Assembly: GCA_044223005.1 (NCBI GenBank)
Contig: JBGAML010000001.1
Location: 320,001-384,000 of the forward strand
Reading direction: 5' to 3'
DNA: 64,000 nucleotides
Source: Candidatus Eiseniibacteriota bacterium
Lineage (GTDB): Bacteria > Eisenbacteria > RBG-16-71-46
A model generated the notes under the pieces. The model was not told the DNA's origin and did not search any database. It saw only the letters and a program-made list of their open reading frames with translations. Numbering within the stretch: position 1 is the first letter of the stretch; every line of letters starts with the position of its first letter. The position numbers and the translations under genes were made by a program. Below are positions 30,082-39,138 of this stretch, piece after piece.

Positions 30082-30355
30082 AGGTTCTGTCTGTGAATAC
30101 CCCGCGGCGCCGCGAGGCCGAGAATGGCCGCCGCGCAAGGAACGAGGAGGAGATACGTGCCAAGCACACGATCGACGACGAGTGACGCCGCCCGGCGGCC
30201 ATTCTCGGCCTCGCCCTTCGGGTTGCGGGAGGCGACAGGGCGTTCGCAGCGTCACGGCTCCTCGACAGGGGTCGAACCCTCGTCTCGTCGCCATTCCTTG
30301 CGACCGCCCTGTCGGCTCCCGCAACGGCGCCGCGCGGTATTCACAGACAGAACCT
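30082..30355. mobile_element. MITE-like non-autonomous element, 274 bp
   Basis: Terminal inverted repeats AGGTTCTGTCTGTGAATACC(C/G)CGCGGCGCCG, 30/31 match; two long internal stem arms; no ORF. Confidence 0.75.
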
Positions 30356-30363
30356 GAGCGCCC

Positions 30364-31239
30364 ATGCCCCTTTCGACTCGGCCGTTCGCCCTTTCGTTGC
30401 TCGCCGCGGCGCTCGCCGCCGCTCCCGCGACCGCCGCGACCGCCCCAGGCGGACCGGCCGTGGCGGTCGAGGACACGATGCACACCGAGGTCGCGCCGGT
30501 GCTCGTGCACGCGCCGCGCGTCACGCTCGACGAGATCCTCGACCGCGTCGCGCGCGGTGAGGCGCATCGCGACTCGATGATTCGCGATCGCAGCTTCCTC
30601 GTCACGATCCGCGTGGTCGGCCACGCGGGCGCCGGCAATGCCGAGCTGCTCGAGGAGCGCGTCGCGCAGGTGTGGCAGAAGCGTCCCGGCATGCGGCGGC
30701 AGGTCGAGCTGCGCCACTGGATGAAGCACCCGCCCAAGAAGGACGACTCCGAACGCGGGATCCGCGTCGAGGTGGGCAGCGGCGATCCCGACGGCATGAC
30801 CGAGGAGATCGTGAACTTCGCGTTCCAGCCGAACGCACGGCGCGACTACACGTACAAGATCGTCGGGCGCCAGCTGCTGGGCGACCACCTGATCTACCGC
30901 ATCGAGTTCGCGCCGCGTTCGCCGCTGGCGCTCGACCTGCCGGGCGGCACGGTGTGGGTCGACACGCGCGATTTCGTGATCGTGCGCCAGGAGATCACGT
31001 TCCGGCAGTCGCCCATCCCGCTCTTCCTGCGCGGCATCAAGCGCATGGTGGTCGAGCGTGAGCACGTGGGCGACCTGTGGGTGCTGTCGCGGATTCTCGC
31101 CCGCATCGAGACCACGATCCCGGTCCCGCGCTTCGGCAAGAGCTTCGATCTCGGCATCCAGTTCTCGGAGTACAAGGTGAACACGGGCCTGCCGGATTCG
31201 CTGTTCGCGGCGCCGAAGTCCGCGCGAGGTGCGAAGTGA
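30364..31239 (+). CDS. secreted protein resembling the N-terminal half of DUF5686-type proteins
   Basis: Signal peptide; YTYKIVGRQLLGDHLIYRIEFAP...GTVWVDTRDFVIVRQE. Confidence 0.65.
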   Translation: MPLSTRPFALSLLAAALAAAPATAATAPGGPAVAVEDTMHTEVAPVLVHAPRVTLDEILDRVARGEAHRDSMIRDRSFLVTIRVVGHAGAGNAELLEERVAQVWQKRPGMRRQVELRHWMKHPPKKDDSERGIRVEVGSGDPDGMTEEIVNFAFQPNARRDYTYKIVGRQLLGDHLIYRIEFAPRSPLALDLPGGTVWVDTRDFVIVRQEITFRQSPIPLFLRGIKRMVVEREHVGDLWVLSRILARIETTIPVPRFGKSFDLGIQFSEYKVNTGLPDSLFAAPKSARGAK

Positions 31240-32588
31240 GCGCCCGGGCGGTGTTCCTCGCGGCCGGCGCGGCGCTCGCGCTGGCACTGGCCGGCGGCGC
31301 GATCGACGCGCTCGCGCAGGTCGCGCCGGCGGACACGACCGTCGAGGACTACGTGCGCTCGATGGCCGATTCCACCGACGCGTGGTTCGGCATCAGCGCG
31401 CAGGCGTCCGACACGACCGGGCTCGACAGCCTGCGCGCGTGGGCGGTCGAGCATCCCGGCAAGACGCTGCGCTCGCGCGGCGGCACGCTGTCGCTGGCGC
31501 CACTGCTCGGCTTCAATCGCGCGGTCGGAGGCGCGATGGGCGCCGAGGCAGGCATCGGCCGCTCGCGGCGCTGGGGCCGCGTGGAGGCGGGCGCCCAGTG
31601 GGCCAACGGGCCGGGCCTGTGGTTCGGCAGCGGCGTGTACACGCGACGCTGGAACCCGCGCGCGGGCGAGGATCCGGACGAGAACGGCTCCACGCTCGCA
31701 CTGCGCGCGCACCGCGCGTTCGAGGGGCTCGACCGCGACTACTTCGATCCGGTGCTGAGCTCGACGGCCGCGTTCGTGTTCGGCACCGACCGCAGCCACT
31801 ACCTGCGGCGCGACGGCGTGCGCGGCGCGATCGACCTGCGCCGTCCGGCGGGCTGGATCCGGCTCGGCGGCCGCGTCGAGCGCGAATCGCCGCTCGTCAC
31901 CACCGCGACGTGGAATCTCTTCTCGCGCACGCCGGTCGTGGTGCGCAACGACGCCGCGGCCGAAGGGCGCGTGCGCGAGGCCGACCTGGACGTCGGCGCC
32001 CGGCTGCCGCGCGCGCCGATCACGCTCGAAGCGCACGCGTGGACGGCGGGCGGCGCGCTGGGCGGCGACTTCGACTACACGCGGCTGCGGCTCGCGGCCG
32101 GCGGCGCCCTGGCGCTCGGACGGCACGTCGCGTTCGCGCCGCAGCTGGAATACGGGCGGCTGACCGGCACGGCGCTGCCGCAGGACGCGTTCTACCTGGG
32201 CGGCGGCACGCTGCACTCGCTGGACGCGAACGCGCTCCAGGGCACGGGCCGCGCGCTCGCGCACGCGGACTGGATCGTGCTCGAGCCGCTGCAGTCGCTG
32301 CTCGGGCTCGAGCGTTCGCCGGCGTTCCCGATCCAGATCGGCGCGTTCGCGGGCGCCGGCGCCGTGTGGGGCCGCGATCCCGCGACCGGCCGCGCGCGAC
32401 TCACCGCGCGCGACTGGCCCGAGCGCACCGACTGGCTCGCGGAAGCGGGGCTCTCGCTCCTCTACCGCCCCGGCCTGCCGCACCCGGACTCGTTCGTGCG
32501 CGTCGACTGGGCCGTGCCGATCGGCGCCGACGAGCGCAGGCCGAGCTTCTACCTCTCGTACACGCGCTCGCTCAACTTCCTGCACTGA
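31236..32588 (+). CDS. outer-membrane beta-barrel protein (DUF5686 C-terminal / Omp85-like)
   Basis: GTG overlapping upstream stop; signal peptide; GFNRAVG, GGDFDYTR, FYLGGG, VRVDWAVP. Confidence 0.7.
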   Translation: MSARAVFLAAGAALALALAGGAIDALAQVAPADTTVEDYVRSMADSTDAWFGISAQASDTTGLDSLRAWAVEHPGKTLRSRGGTLSLAPLLGFNRAVGGAMGAEAGIGRSRRWGRVEAGAQWANGPGLWFGSGVYTRRWNPRAGEDPDENGSTLALRAHRAFEGLDRDYFDPVLSSTAAFVFGTDRSHYLRRDGVRGAIDLRRPAGWIRLGGRVERESPLVTTATWNLFSRTPVVVRNDAAAEGRVREADLDVGARLPRAPITLEAHAWTAGGALGGDFDYTRLRLAAGGALALGRHVAFAPQLEYGRLTGTALPQDAFYLGGGTLHSLDANALQGTGRALAHADWIVLEPLQSLLGLERSPAFPIQIGAFAGAGAVWGRDPATGRARLTARDWPERTDWLAEAGLSLLYRPGLPHPDSFVRVDWAVPIGADERRPSFYLSYTRSLNFLH

Positions 32589-32601
32589 GCGGCGGCGAGA
32601 A

Positions 32602-32635
32602 ACGAATCGCCCCGGCGGATCGCTCCGCCGGGGCG
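32602..32635. repeat. 34-bp hairpin direct repeat, left copy (complete terminator-like stem)
   Basis: ACGAATCGCCCCGGCGGATCGCTCCGCCGGGGCG, identical to 33839-33872. Confidence 0.95.
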
Positions 32636-32661
32636 ATTTCGTTGCGCTGCTCGGGACGGTG

Positions 32662-33633
32662 TCACCGGTACAGCGACTTGAGCTGGCCCCAGGTGTGCGA
32701 TTGGGTCGGCGTCGAGGGGCGGCCGAACTTCTCGATCTGGCACAGACTCGATTCGCACACGTAGATCGCATGCGTCGCGTCCACCGCCACAGAAGTCGGC
32801 TCGGCAAACAAGCCCGGCGGAAGAGCCCCGTGAACGCTCCACATCTCTTGGAGGACGCCCTCGGTGGTGAAGACTTGGACACGGTCCATTCGGTCGTCTG
32901 GCACGTAGACGTTGTTGTCGGCGTCAACGTAGATGCCCAGCTCGAAGTTCAGTCCGGCATCGCCGGGCCGGCTCACGGACCACATTCGGACAAACGCGGT
33001 GTCCGGTGTGAATTCCTGGACCCGGTGAGTTCCGGACTCGATGACGTAGATATCGCCGTTCGGAGCCACTGACACTCCCTCGGGGTCGGCGAATTGCCCC
33101 GGCGCCGTCCCCCGTACACCCCACTGGCCGAGCGAGCCGCCATCGGCACTGAATACTTGTATGCGGTTGTTTCCGACGTCAGCGACGTAGACGTGACCTC
33201 CAGCGTCAACTGCAATCCCGCGGGCCAGATCAAACTCGCCCACACCGACGCCGTGGCTGCCCCACTTGCTGACGAACCCACCTGTCGCAGTGAATCGCTG
33301 AATGCGGTTGTTCCCGGAGTCCACGACGTAGAGATCACCACTCGGACCAAACGCCAGGCCGAATGGAAACGACAGTTGTCCGTCTCCGGCGCCGTGACTG
33401 CCCCAAGCGTCTTCGAAGGTACCATCCGGCGCAAACACCTGAACTCGGTGGTTGTAGGTGTCGGCGACGTACACCTTTCCCCCTGGGCCTATCGTGATCC
33501 CTTGCGCGGACGCGAACTGGCCGGCACCGGAACCGAATGTTCCCCAGGCCCCCAGCAGTGCCGGGGCCTCGCCGAACGCGCTCGTAGCGCAACACGCACT
33601 CACGAGAATCGCCAACAGAAGCCGCCTGGTCAT
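32662..33633 (-). CDS. secreted NHL-repeat (6-bladed beta-propeller) protein with C-terminal TWGQLKSLYR tail
   Basis: Signal peptide MTRRLLLAIL; repeats WGxxGxGxGQF..P.G.A...G.VYVADxxNxRIQ.F; AT-richer than flanks. Confidence 0.9.
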   Translation of the reverse strand: MTRRLLLAILVSACCATSAFGEAPALLGAWGTFGSGAGQFASAQGITIGPGGKVYVADTYNHRVQVFAPDGTFEDAWGSHGAGDGQLSFPFGLAFGPSGDLYVVDSGNNRIQRFTATGGFVSKWGSHGVGVGEFDLARGIAVDAGGHVYVADVGNNRIQVFSADGGSLGQWGVRGTAPGQFADPEGVSVAPNGDIYVIESGTHRVQEFTPDTAFVRMWSVSRPGDAGLNFELGIYVDADNNVYVPDDRMDRVQVFTTEGVLQEMWSVHGALPPGLFAEPTSVAVDATHAIYVCESSLCQIEKFGRPSTPTQSHTWGQLKSLYR

Positions 33634-33838
33634 GCGGCCCCCCTTTCCATTAGCACTACGCATCGCCGTCGCGGCGGACCGGGCTCGATCGCGACAGGAG
33701 CGTCGTGCTCTTGCCACGCGCATCGACCGCTCGACTTCATCCATTCGCGTCAAGGGTACTCCGCCCGCGGCGAGGATCAACCGCCGCCGATTCCTTCCGC
33801 ATCGCGCAGCAGAGGAGGGTCTGGCGCGAGGCACAAAT

Positions 33839-33872
33839 ACGAATCGCCCCGGCGGATCGCTCCGCCGGGGCG
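33839..33872. repeat. 34-bp hairpin direct repeat, right copy
   Basis: Identical to 32602-32635. Confidence 0.95.
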
Positions 33873-33917
33873 TGGTCACCACCCGTCCCCATGCCGTGAT
33901 TTCGGGTGGCGCGTGCT

Positions 33918-34241
33918 TCAGCGCGTCTTCTCGTTGTGCTTCATGCGGTAGATGCGCCGGCTCTGGCGATCCTGCGCGTGCTCCAGGTGCGCGCGCTCCG
34001 CGGGCGTCACGACACCGTCGGCCTTGGCGCGGGCCTTCACGTTCTGCACGTGGGCCTGGCCGGCTTCGAGTCGCGCGGTCTCGCCCTTGGTGAGCTCGCC
34101 GCTGCGGACGCCCTGCGCGATCCGCTCCTGCTGCCGGACCTGGCGGTGACGGACGCGCGGCGTCGCGGTGCCGGCGGCGGCGATGGAAGCGGTCAGGGCG
34201 GCGATCACCAGGGCCAGGCTCAGCACACGCAGCGTCTTCAT
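33918..34241 (-). CDS. small secreted basic helical protein
   Basis: MKTLRVLSLAL signal peptide; RQVRQQERIAQGVRSGELT...KADGVVTPAER repeat; GAGGAGG RBS. Confidence 0.8.
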   Translation of the reverse strand: MKTLRVLSLALVIAALTASIAAAGTATPRVRHRQVRQQERIAQGVRSGELTKGETARLEAGQAHVQNVKARAKADGVVTPAERAHLEHAQDRQSRRIYRMKHNEKTR

Positions 34242-34539
34242 CGTCTTCCTCCTCGAGGCGTCGGCCTCGCGTCGTGGTTCGGGCCTCCCGGCCCGCGCTT
34301 CGCTTCGTCGCTTCACGTTCTCCGCGGCCCGTGGCCGCGACGCCGGGAAGGAAGAGCAGGGCGCGTGCCGCGACCGGGCCGAGGCCGCAGCGTGCGTGGG
34401 CGCAAGGAGTTGACGGCCGCCAAACACGTGTGGGAACGCGCTCTGTGCACCGGGCGGTGCACCCGAGGGGTGCGGGCGTGCACGCGCGGGGACACTCGCC
34501 GGAATGCAGCGCGCAACGCGCGGCGCGCGCGACGCGAAC

Positions 34540-35040
34540 TCAGGCGCGCGCGGCGGGTGCCACGAGATCCAGCTCCATGTAGCGCACGTCGGGGAGCGGA
34601 TTGTCGTAGTAAGCGGGAATGTCGCGGAACCCCAGCGCGTCGTAGAGCACGTTCGCCGTGCGCATCTTCTCGATCCGCAGCGTGTCGAGCCGCATGACGC
34701 GGCAGCCCATCGTGCGCCCGTCCTCGATCACGCGCCGCGCGAGGGCGCGTCCGAGGCCGAGTCCGCGCGCGACGTCGCGAACGTAGAGCCGCTTCATCTC
34801 GCAGACGCCGGGCTCCAGCGTGCGCAGCCCGATGCAGCCGGCGAGCGCGCCGTCGGCATGGGCGACGTAGAGGCGGCCCGAGGGTTCGGCGTAGCGGCCG
34901 GGGAGCGAGGCCACTTCCGTCTCGAAGCCCTGGAAGCAGAGGTTCGCGTCCAGCCAGCGTTCGTATTCGCGGAACAGTTCGCGCACCGACTCGAGGTCGG
35001 CGGGGCTCGCGGCCGGGCGGATCGTGAAGCGTTCGCTCAT
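34540..35040 (-). CDS. GNAT family N-acetyltransferase
   Basis: CEMKRLYV, RGLGLGRAL, LYDALGF. Confidence 0.9.
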   Translation of the reverse strand: MSERFTIRPAASPADLESVRELFREYERWLDANLCFQGFETEVASLPGRYAEPSGRLYVAHADGALAGCIGLRTLEPGVCEMKRLYVRDVARGLGLGRALARRVIEDGRTMGCRVMRLDTLRIEKMRTANVLYDALGFRDIPAYYDNPLPDVRYMELDLVAPAARA

Positions 35041-35164
35041 GCGTCACAGGATAGCGCGGGGCGCGCCCGGCCGCAGCGTCCGCGCTCGACATTTCGGGCC
35101 GCCGCGGGCACCCTTGTTGGGCTCCTGCCTCTCGAATCGACCCCGATCCGGAGCCCCCGTCCCG

Positions 35165-35932
35165 ATGCACCTCACCGCCCTCGCGCTCCTGCCGGTGCTC
35201 GCGCTCGCGAGCCTCGCCGGGACCTCGCGCGCCTCCGCCGCGCCCGACTCGGGACGCTTCGAGTTCCGCACCGTGCACGTGGACGGCCAGGCGCACCGCT
35301 ATGCGGTCTGGCTGCCGCCGGGTCACGCGGACGCGAAGGCGTGGCCGGCGATTCTTTTCCTGCACGGTTCGGGCGAGTGCGGTTCGGACGGCGAGAAGCC
35401 GACGCGCGTGGGGCTGGGGCCCGCGCTGCTGCGCGATCCCGCGCGCTTTCCGTACGTCGTCGTGTTTCCGCAGAAGCCGTTCGAGGACGAGGAATGGGAG
35501 GAGCGCGAGCCGCTCGTGTTCGCGGTGCTGCGCGACGCCGTGCGCCGCGACCACGTCGACGCGACGCGCGTCGCGCTCGTGGGCATTTCGCAGGGCGGGC
35601 ACGGCACCTGGATGATCGGCGCGCGCCACCCGAAGCTCTGGGCGTGCCTCGTGCCGGTGTGCGGCTACGGCCGCGCGCGCACGATCCAGAATCGCGCGAC
35701 GAACCTGCCGGTGTGGGCGTTCCACGGCCTGCGCGACGACCTCGTCGATCCGAACGACACGCGCCACATCGTCGCGGGACTGCGCGAGGCGCGCGCGGCG
35801 AAGGGACTCGACCCCGATGCGGTGCGCATGACGCTGTTTCCCGACGCCAACCACAACTCCTGGGACCCCGCCTTCGCGTCCGATTCGCTGGCCACGTGGC
35901 TCGCGGAACGGCTCGGCACGCCAACTCGCTAG
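35165..35932 (+). CDS. secreted alpha/beta hydrolase (esterase/peptidase)
   Basis: LFLHGSGECG, GISQGG nucleophile elbow, WAFHGLRDDLV, HNSW. Confidence 0.85.
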   Translation: MHLTALALLPVLALASLAGTSRASAAPDSGRFEFRTVHVDGQAHRYAVWLPPGHADAKAWPAILFLHGSGECGSDGEKPTRVGLGPALLRDPARFPYVVVFPQKPFEDEEWEEREPLVFAVLRDAVRRDHVDATRVALVGISQGGHGTWMIGARHPKLWACLVPVCGYGRARTIQNRATNLPVWAFHGLRDDLVDPNDTRHIVAGLREARAAKGLDPDAVRMTLFPDANHNSWDPAFASDSLATWLAERLGTPTR

Positions 35933-35950
35933 GCACCTCGCGCTTCCCCC

Positions 35951-38083
35951 ATGGCCGCCACCCCTCGCGACCGTTCGCCGCTGGCCGCTCCGCACCTCGT
36001 GCGGTGCGCGGGCTCGCTCGTGCTCACGCTCGCGCTCGCGCTGCTCGCGCCGGGCGCGTTTGCGCGCGGCGCCGTGGCGCCGGCGCGCGGCATGGCGCGG
36101 GCCGACGCCGGCGACACGGCACAAGTCGCCTCGCTGAGCCTGCCGGTGGCGAGCGTCGTCGAAGGCGACACGCTCGCGCTCGTGCTCGTGGCCGCGGGCA
36201 CGGCGGGCGACCCGACGCCGCGCACGGCGCACCTGCTCGTGTCGCGGCGCGAGACCTCCGGCGCGGAGACGCCCCTCGCCCCGGCGAGCGTGGGGCTGCC
36301 CGATTCGGTGAGTGGGCTCGTGGCCGGCGAGACGCGGCGCGTGCCATTCACCGCGGCGTTCCCGCGCCCCAACGACGGCACGCGCGACCGCATCACCGTG
36401 ATCGCGCGCGCGGGCGGCGCGGAGTCGGCGCCGCTCGAGATCGTGGAGCGCGTCACGCCCGCGATGCTCCTGGTGCCGCCCTCGGTGGGCAACTACTGGC
36501 CCAAGGACTTCGCCATCGTCCGCGTCGACAGTCTCTGGCACGCGTTCTTCATCCTCACGAACCAGACGCCGGGCCAGCCCACCGAGGATCGCTTCGGCCA
36601 CGCGACGTCACCCGACCTGTGCCGGTGGACGTTCCAGTCCGCCGCGACGCTGTTCGCCGTGGACCCGAACCCGAACGCGTGGGATCACGACCACGTCTGG
36701 GCGCCGAGCGTCGTGGAATCGAGCGGCACGTTCTACCTCTTCTATACCGGCGTGCACGGCCCCGGCGAGGGCGTCCAGGCGATCGGTGTCGCGACCACGA
36801 CCGATCGCACGCTGCGCACGTGGACGCGCCTGCCCGCGAACCCGGTCTGGAGCGCGAGCGACGCACCGTGGGCGAACGCGGCGTCGGGCGCGTTCCGCGA
36901 TCCGTTCGTCATGCCCGCCGGCGACCTCGCGCCGGGATCGCGCTGGCTCATGACCTACACCACGCACCCGCTCGGCCCCGACCCGGTGACGCACCTGCCC
37001 GTCAATCCCTGGTGCGATGGCGTCGTCGGCATCGCGCTCTCGCGGGGCGACAGCCTCTCGCGCTGGAGCGACGCGGGCCCGCTGTGGATGACGCGCCTGG
37101 GCACGCACACCGTCGAGTCGCCGCACCTGCTGCGGCACGGGCCCTGGACGTACGTGCTCAGCACCGACGACGACGACCCGAACTACGAGTGCGGTTACGC
37201 CGGGGGCCTGCGTGCGATGGTGTTCCCGAGCCTGTTCGCGATGTACGGCTACGCGCCGTTTCCGCTGCTGGGCGGGGATCCCGCGGCGTTCGCATCCGAA
37301 TCGTGGAGCCGCACCTATCCCGACGGTTCGCAGGAAGACTTCCTCGGCCACGTGGCCGACGACCTGCCGCGCACGCTGCACTTCTACATGGTGTGGTGGC
37401 TGCCCACGCCCGGTGCGGGGTTCCTGCTGGTCGACCCGCTGCGCGTCCGTACGCTGCAGCTTTCGTCGGCGGCGCCCGCGAGCGTGCCCGAGGGCGCCGC
37501 GGCCACGCTCACCGTGCACACGGGCAACGGCGACGGCCGCGCGCGCCACGCCGCGGTCGAAGTGTTCGCGATCGACGGCGCGGCGCGCCGGCCGATCGCG
37601 CCCGAATCCGTGGGGCTGCCGAACACCCTTGTGCTCGCGAGCGCCGACGTTGCGATCCCGTTCACCGTTCACGCCGGCGAGCCGGATCCGGACGCGACGC
37701 CGGATCGCACCGAGATCGTGGTGCGCGTGAACGGTGTCGAGTCGCCCGAGCTCTGGATCGACCGCGCCCCCGCCGGCGTCGGGCGCGAGGCCGCGCATGA
37801 GCTCGCGCTGCACGCGCCGAGCCCCAACCCCGCGCGTACCGTCGCGCACCTGGCCGCCGACGTGCCCGCGTCCGCCGCGGGCGCGGCGATGGAACTCGCG
37901 GTCTTCGACGCGCTCGGCCGCCGCGTGCGCTCGCTCGCCGCCGGCGCCGCGGTTCCCGGACCGGCAGCATGGGACTGGGACCTGCGCGACGCCCGCGGCG
38001 CGCGCGTGTCACCCGGGCTCTACCTCGTCCGTTGGAGCATGGGCGGCGAGCGCGCCGTGCGGCGCGTGATGGTGGTCGACTAG
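35951..38083 (+). CDS. secreted five-bladed beta-propeller glycoside hydrolase (GH32/GH43-like) with C-terminal FlgD-Ig-like domain
   Basis: WPKDF, FGHATSPDL, WAPSV, FRDP, VESP motifs; tail PSPNPAR...FDALGRRVRSL...WDLRD...PGLYLVR. Confidence 0.8.
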   Translation: MAATPRDRSPLAAPHLVRCAGSLVLTLALALLAPGAFARGAVAPARGMARADAGDTAQVASLSLPVASVVEGDTLALVLVAAGTAGDPTPRTAHLLVSRRETSGAETPLAPASVGLPDSVSGLVAGETRRVPFTAAFPRPNDGTRDRITVIARAGGAESAPLEIVERVTPAMLLVPPSVGNYWPKDFAIVRVDSLWHAFFILTNQTPGQPTEDRFGHATSPDLCRWTFQSAATLFAVDPNPNAWDHDHVWAPSVVESSGTFYLFYTGVHGPGEGVQAIGVATTTDRTLRTWTRLPANPVWSASDAPWANAASGAFRDPFVMPAGDLAPGSRWLMTYTTHPLGPDPVTHLPVNPWCDGVVGIALSRGDSLSRWSDAGPLWMTRLGTHTVESPHLLRHGPWTYVLSTDDDDPNYECGYAGGLRAMVFPSLFAMYGYAPFPLLGGDPAAFASESWSRTYPDGSQEDFLGHVADDLPRTLHFYMVWWLPTPGAGFLLVDPLRVRTLQLSSAAPASVPEGAAATLTVHTGNGDGRARHAAVEVFAIDGAARRPIAPESVGLPNTLVLASADVAIPFTVHAGEPDPDATPDRTEIVVRVNGVESPELWIDRAPAGVGREAAHELALHAPSPNPARTVAHLAADVPASAAGAAMELAVFDALGRRVRSLAAGAAVPGPAAWDWDLRDARGARVSPGLYLVRWSMGGERAVRRVMVVD

Positions 38084-38118
38084 GTTCTGTCCGAGAATGC
38101 CGCGTGACGCCGTTGCGG
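38082..38118. repeat. degenerate single end of the 30082-30355 MITE family
   Basis: 32/37 identity to the reverse complement of the MITE right end. Confidence 0.7.
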
Positions 38119-38184
38119 CCGGCGCATCGCCCGCCGCATGCTGCCCGCGTTCCCGGCCGCCATCCATCCCGCCCGGAGGTTCCG

Positions 38185-39093
38185 ATGCGTCTTGCCCCCG
38201 CATTCGTCGCGCTCGCGCTCGTCGCGTCCCTCGCCGCTCGGCCCGCGCATGCGCAGGGCATGGAGCACATGCACGCGCACACCGCGAGCGACACCACGCC
38301 GGTCGCCGCCGCACCGCGCGATCCCGCGCTGCCCGCCGACGAGACGCAGGCACGCGACGCACTCGAGCACTCGCCGCGCCACGGCGAGATGGTCGACGTC
38401 TCAGGCCCCGGCGGCGTGCCGCTGCGCACGTGGATCGTCTACCCCGAGCGCCGCGACGCGGCCGGCGTGGTGATGATCGTGCACGAGATTTTCGGTCTGT
38501 CGGACTGGATCCGCGCGCTCGCCGACCAGTACGCCGCGGCGGGCTTCATCGCGGTCGCGCCCGACCTGCTCTCGGGGCTGGGACCGAACGGCGGCGGCAC
38601 GGCCGCATTCGGGTCGCGCGATTCGGTCGTGCAGGCGATCCGCCAGCTGACGCCCGACATGACGATGGCGCGGCTAGACGCCGTGCGTGCGTGGGCGCGC
38701 ACACTGCCTGCCGCGAACGGCCGTGTCGCCACCGCCGGTTACTGCTGGGGCGGCGGGAACAGCTTCGCGTACGCCGCGCACCCGGGCGATCTCGCCGCCG
38801 CGGTCGTCTACTACGGCACGTCGCCCGACAGCACCACGCTCGCCGCGCTGCACGCGCCGGTTCTCGGCCTCTACGGCGGCGACGACGCGCGCGTGGACGC
38901 CACGGTCCCGCCGGCGCAGCGCGTGACGAAGGCGCTGGGCAAGCGCTACGAGCCGCATCTCTACGACGGCGCGGGCCACGGGTTCCTGCGGCAGCAGACC
39001 GGCCGCGACGGCGCGAACCTCAAGGCGACGCGCGACGCCTGGCCGCGCACGATCGCGTTCCTGAAGCAGCACCTCGAGGGCAAGAAGCGCTGA
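38185..39093 (+). CDS. dienelactone hydrolase family protein (exported)
   Basis: VHEIFGLSDW, APDLL, GYCWGG, GAGHGF. Confidence 0.9.
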   Translation: MRLAPAFVALALVASLAARPAHAQGMEHMHAHTASDTTPVAAAPRDPALPADETQARDALEHSPRHGEMVDVSGPGGVPLRTWIVYPERRDAAGVVMIVHEIFGLSDWIRALADQYAAAGFIAVAPDLLSGLGPNGGGTAAFGSRDSVVQAIRQLTPDMTMARLDAVRAWARTLPAANGRVATAGYCWGGGNSFAYAAHPGDLAAAVVYYGTSPDSTTLAALHAPVLGLYGGDDARVDATVPPAQRVTKALGKRYEPHLYDGAGHGFLRQQTGRDGANLKATRDAWPRTIAFLKQHLEGKKR

Positions 39094-39138
39094 GAACGCC
39101 GGCTCAACCCGGAGCCAGCCGCGGCCGAAACCACGGGC

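Noticed and set aside
30082..30355. tRNA, tmRNA or RNase P RNA
   Set aside because: No T-loop/CCA, tag ORF or RNase P conserved motifs; long terminal inverted repeats fit a MITE better
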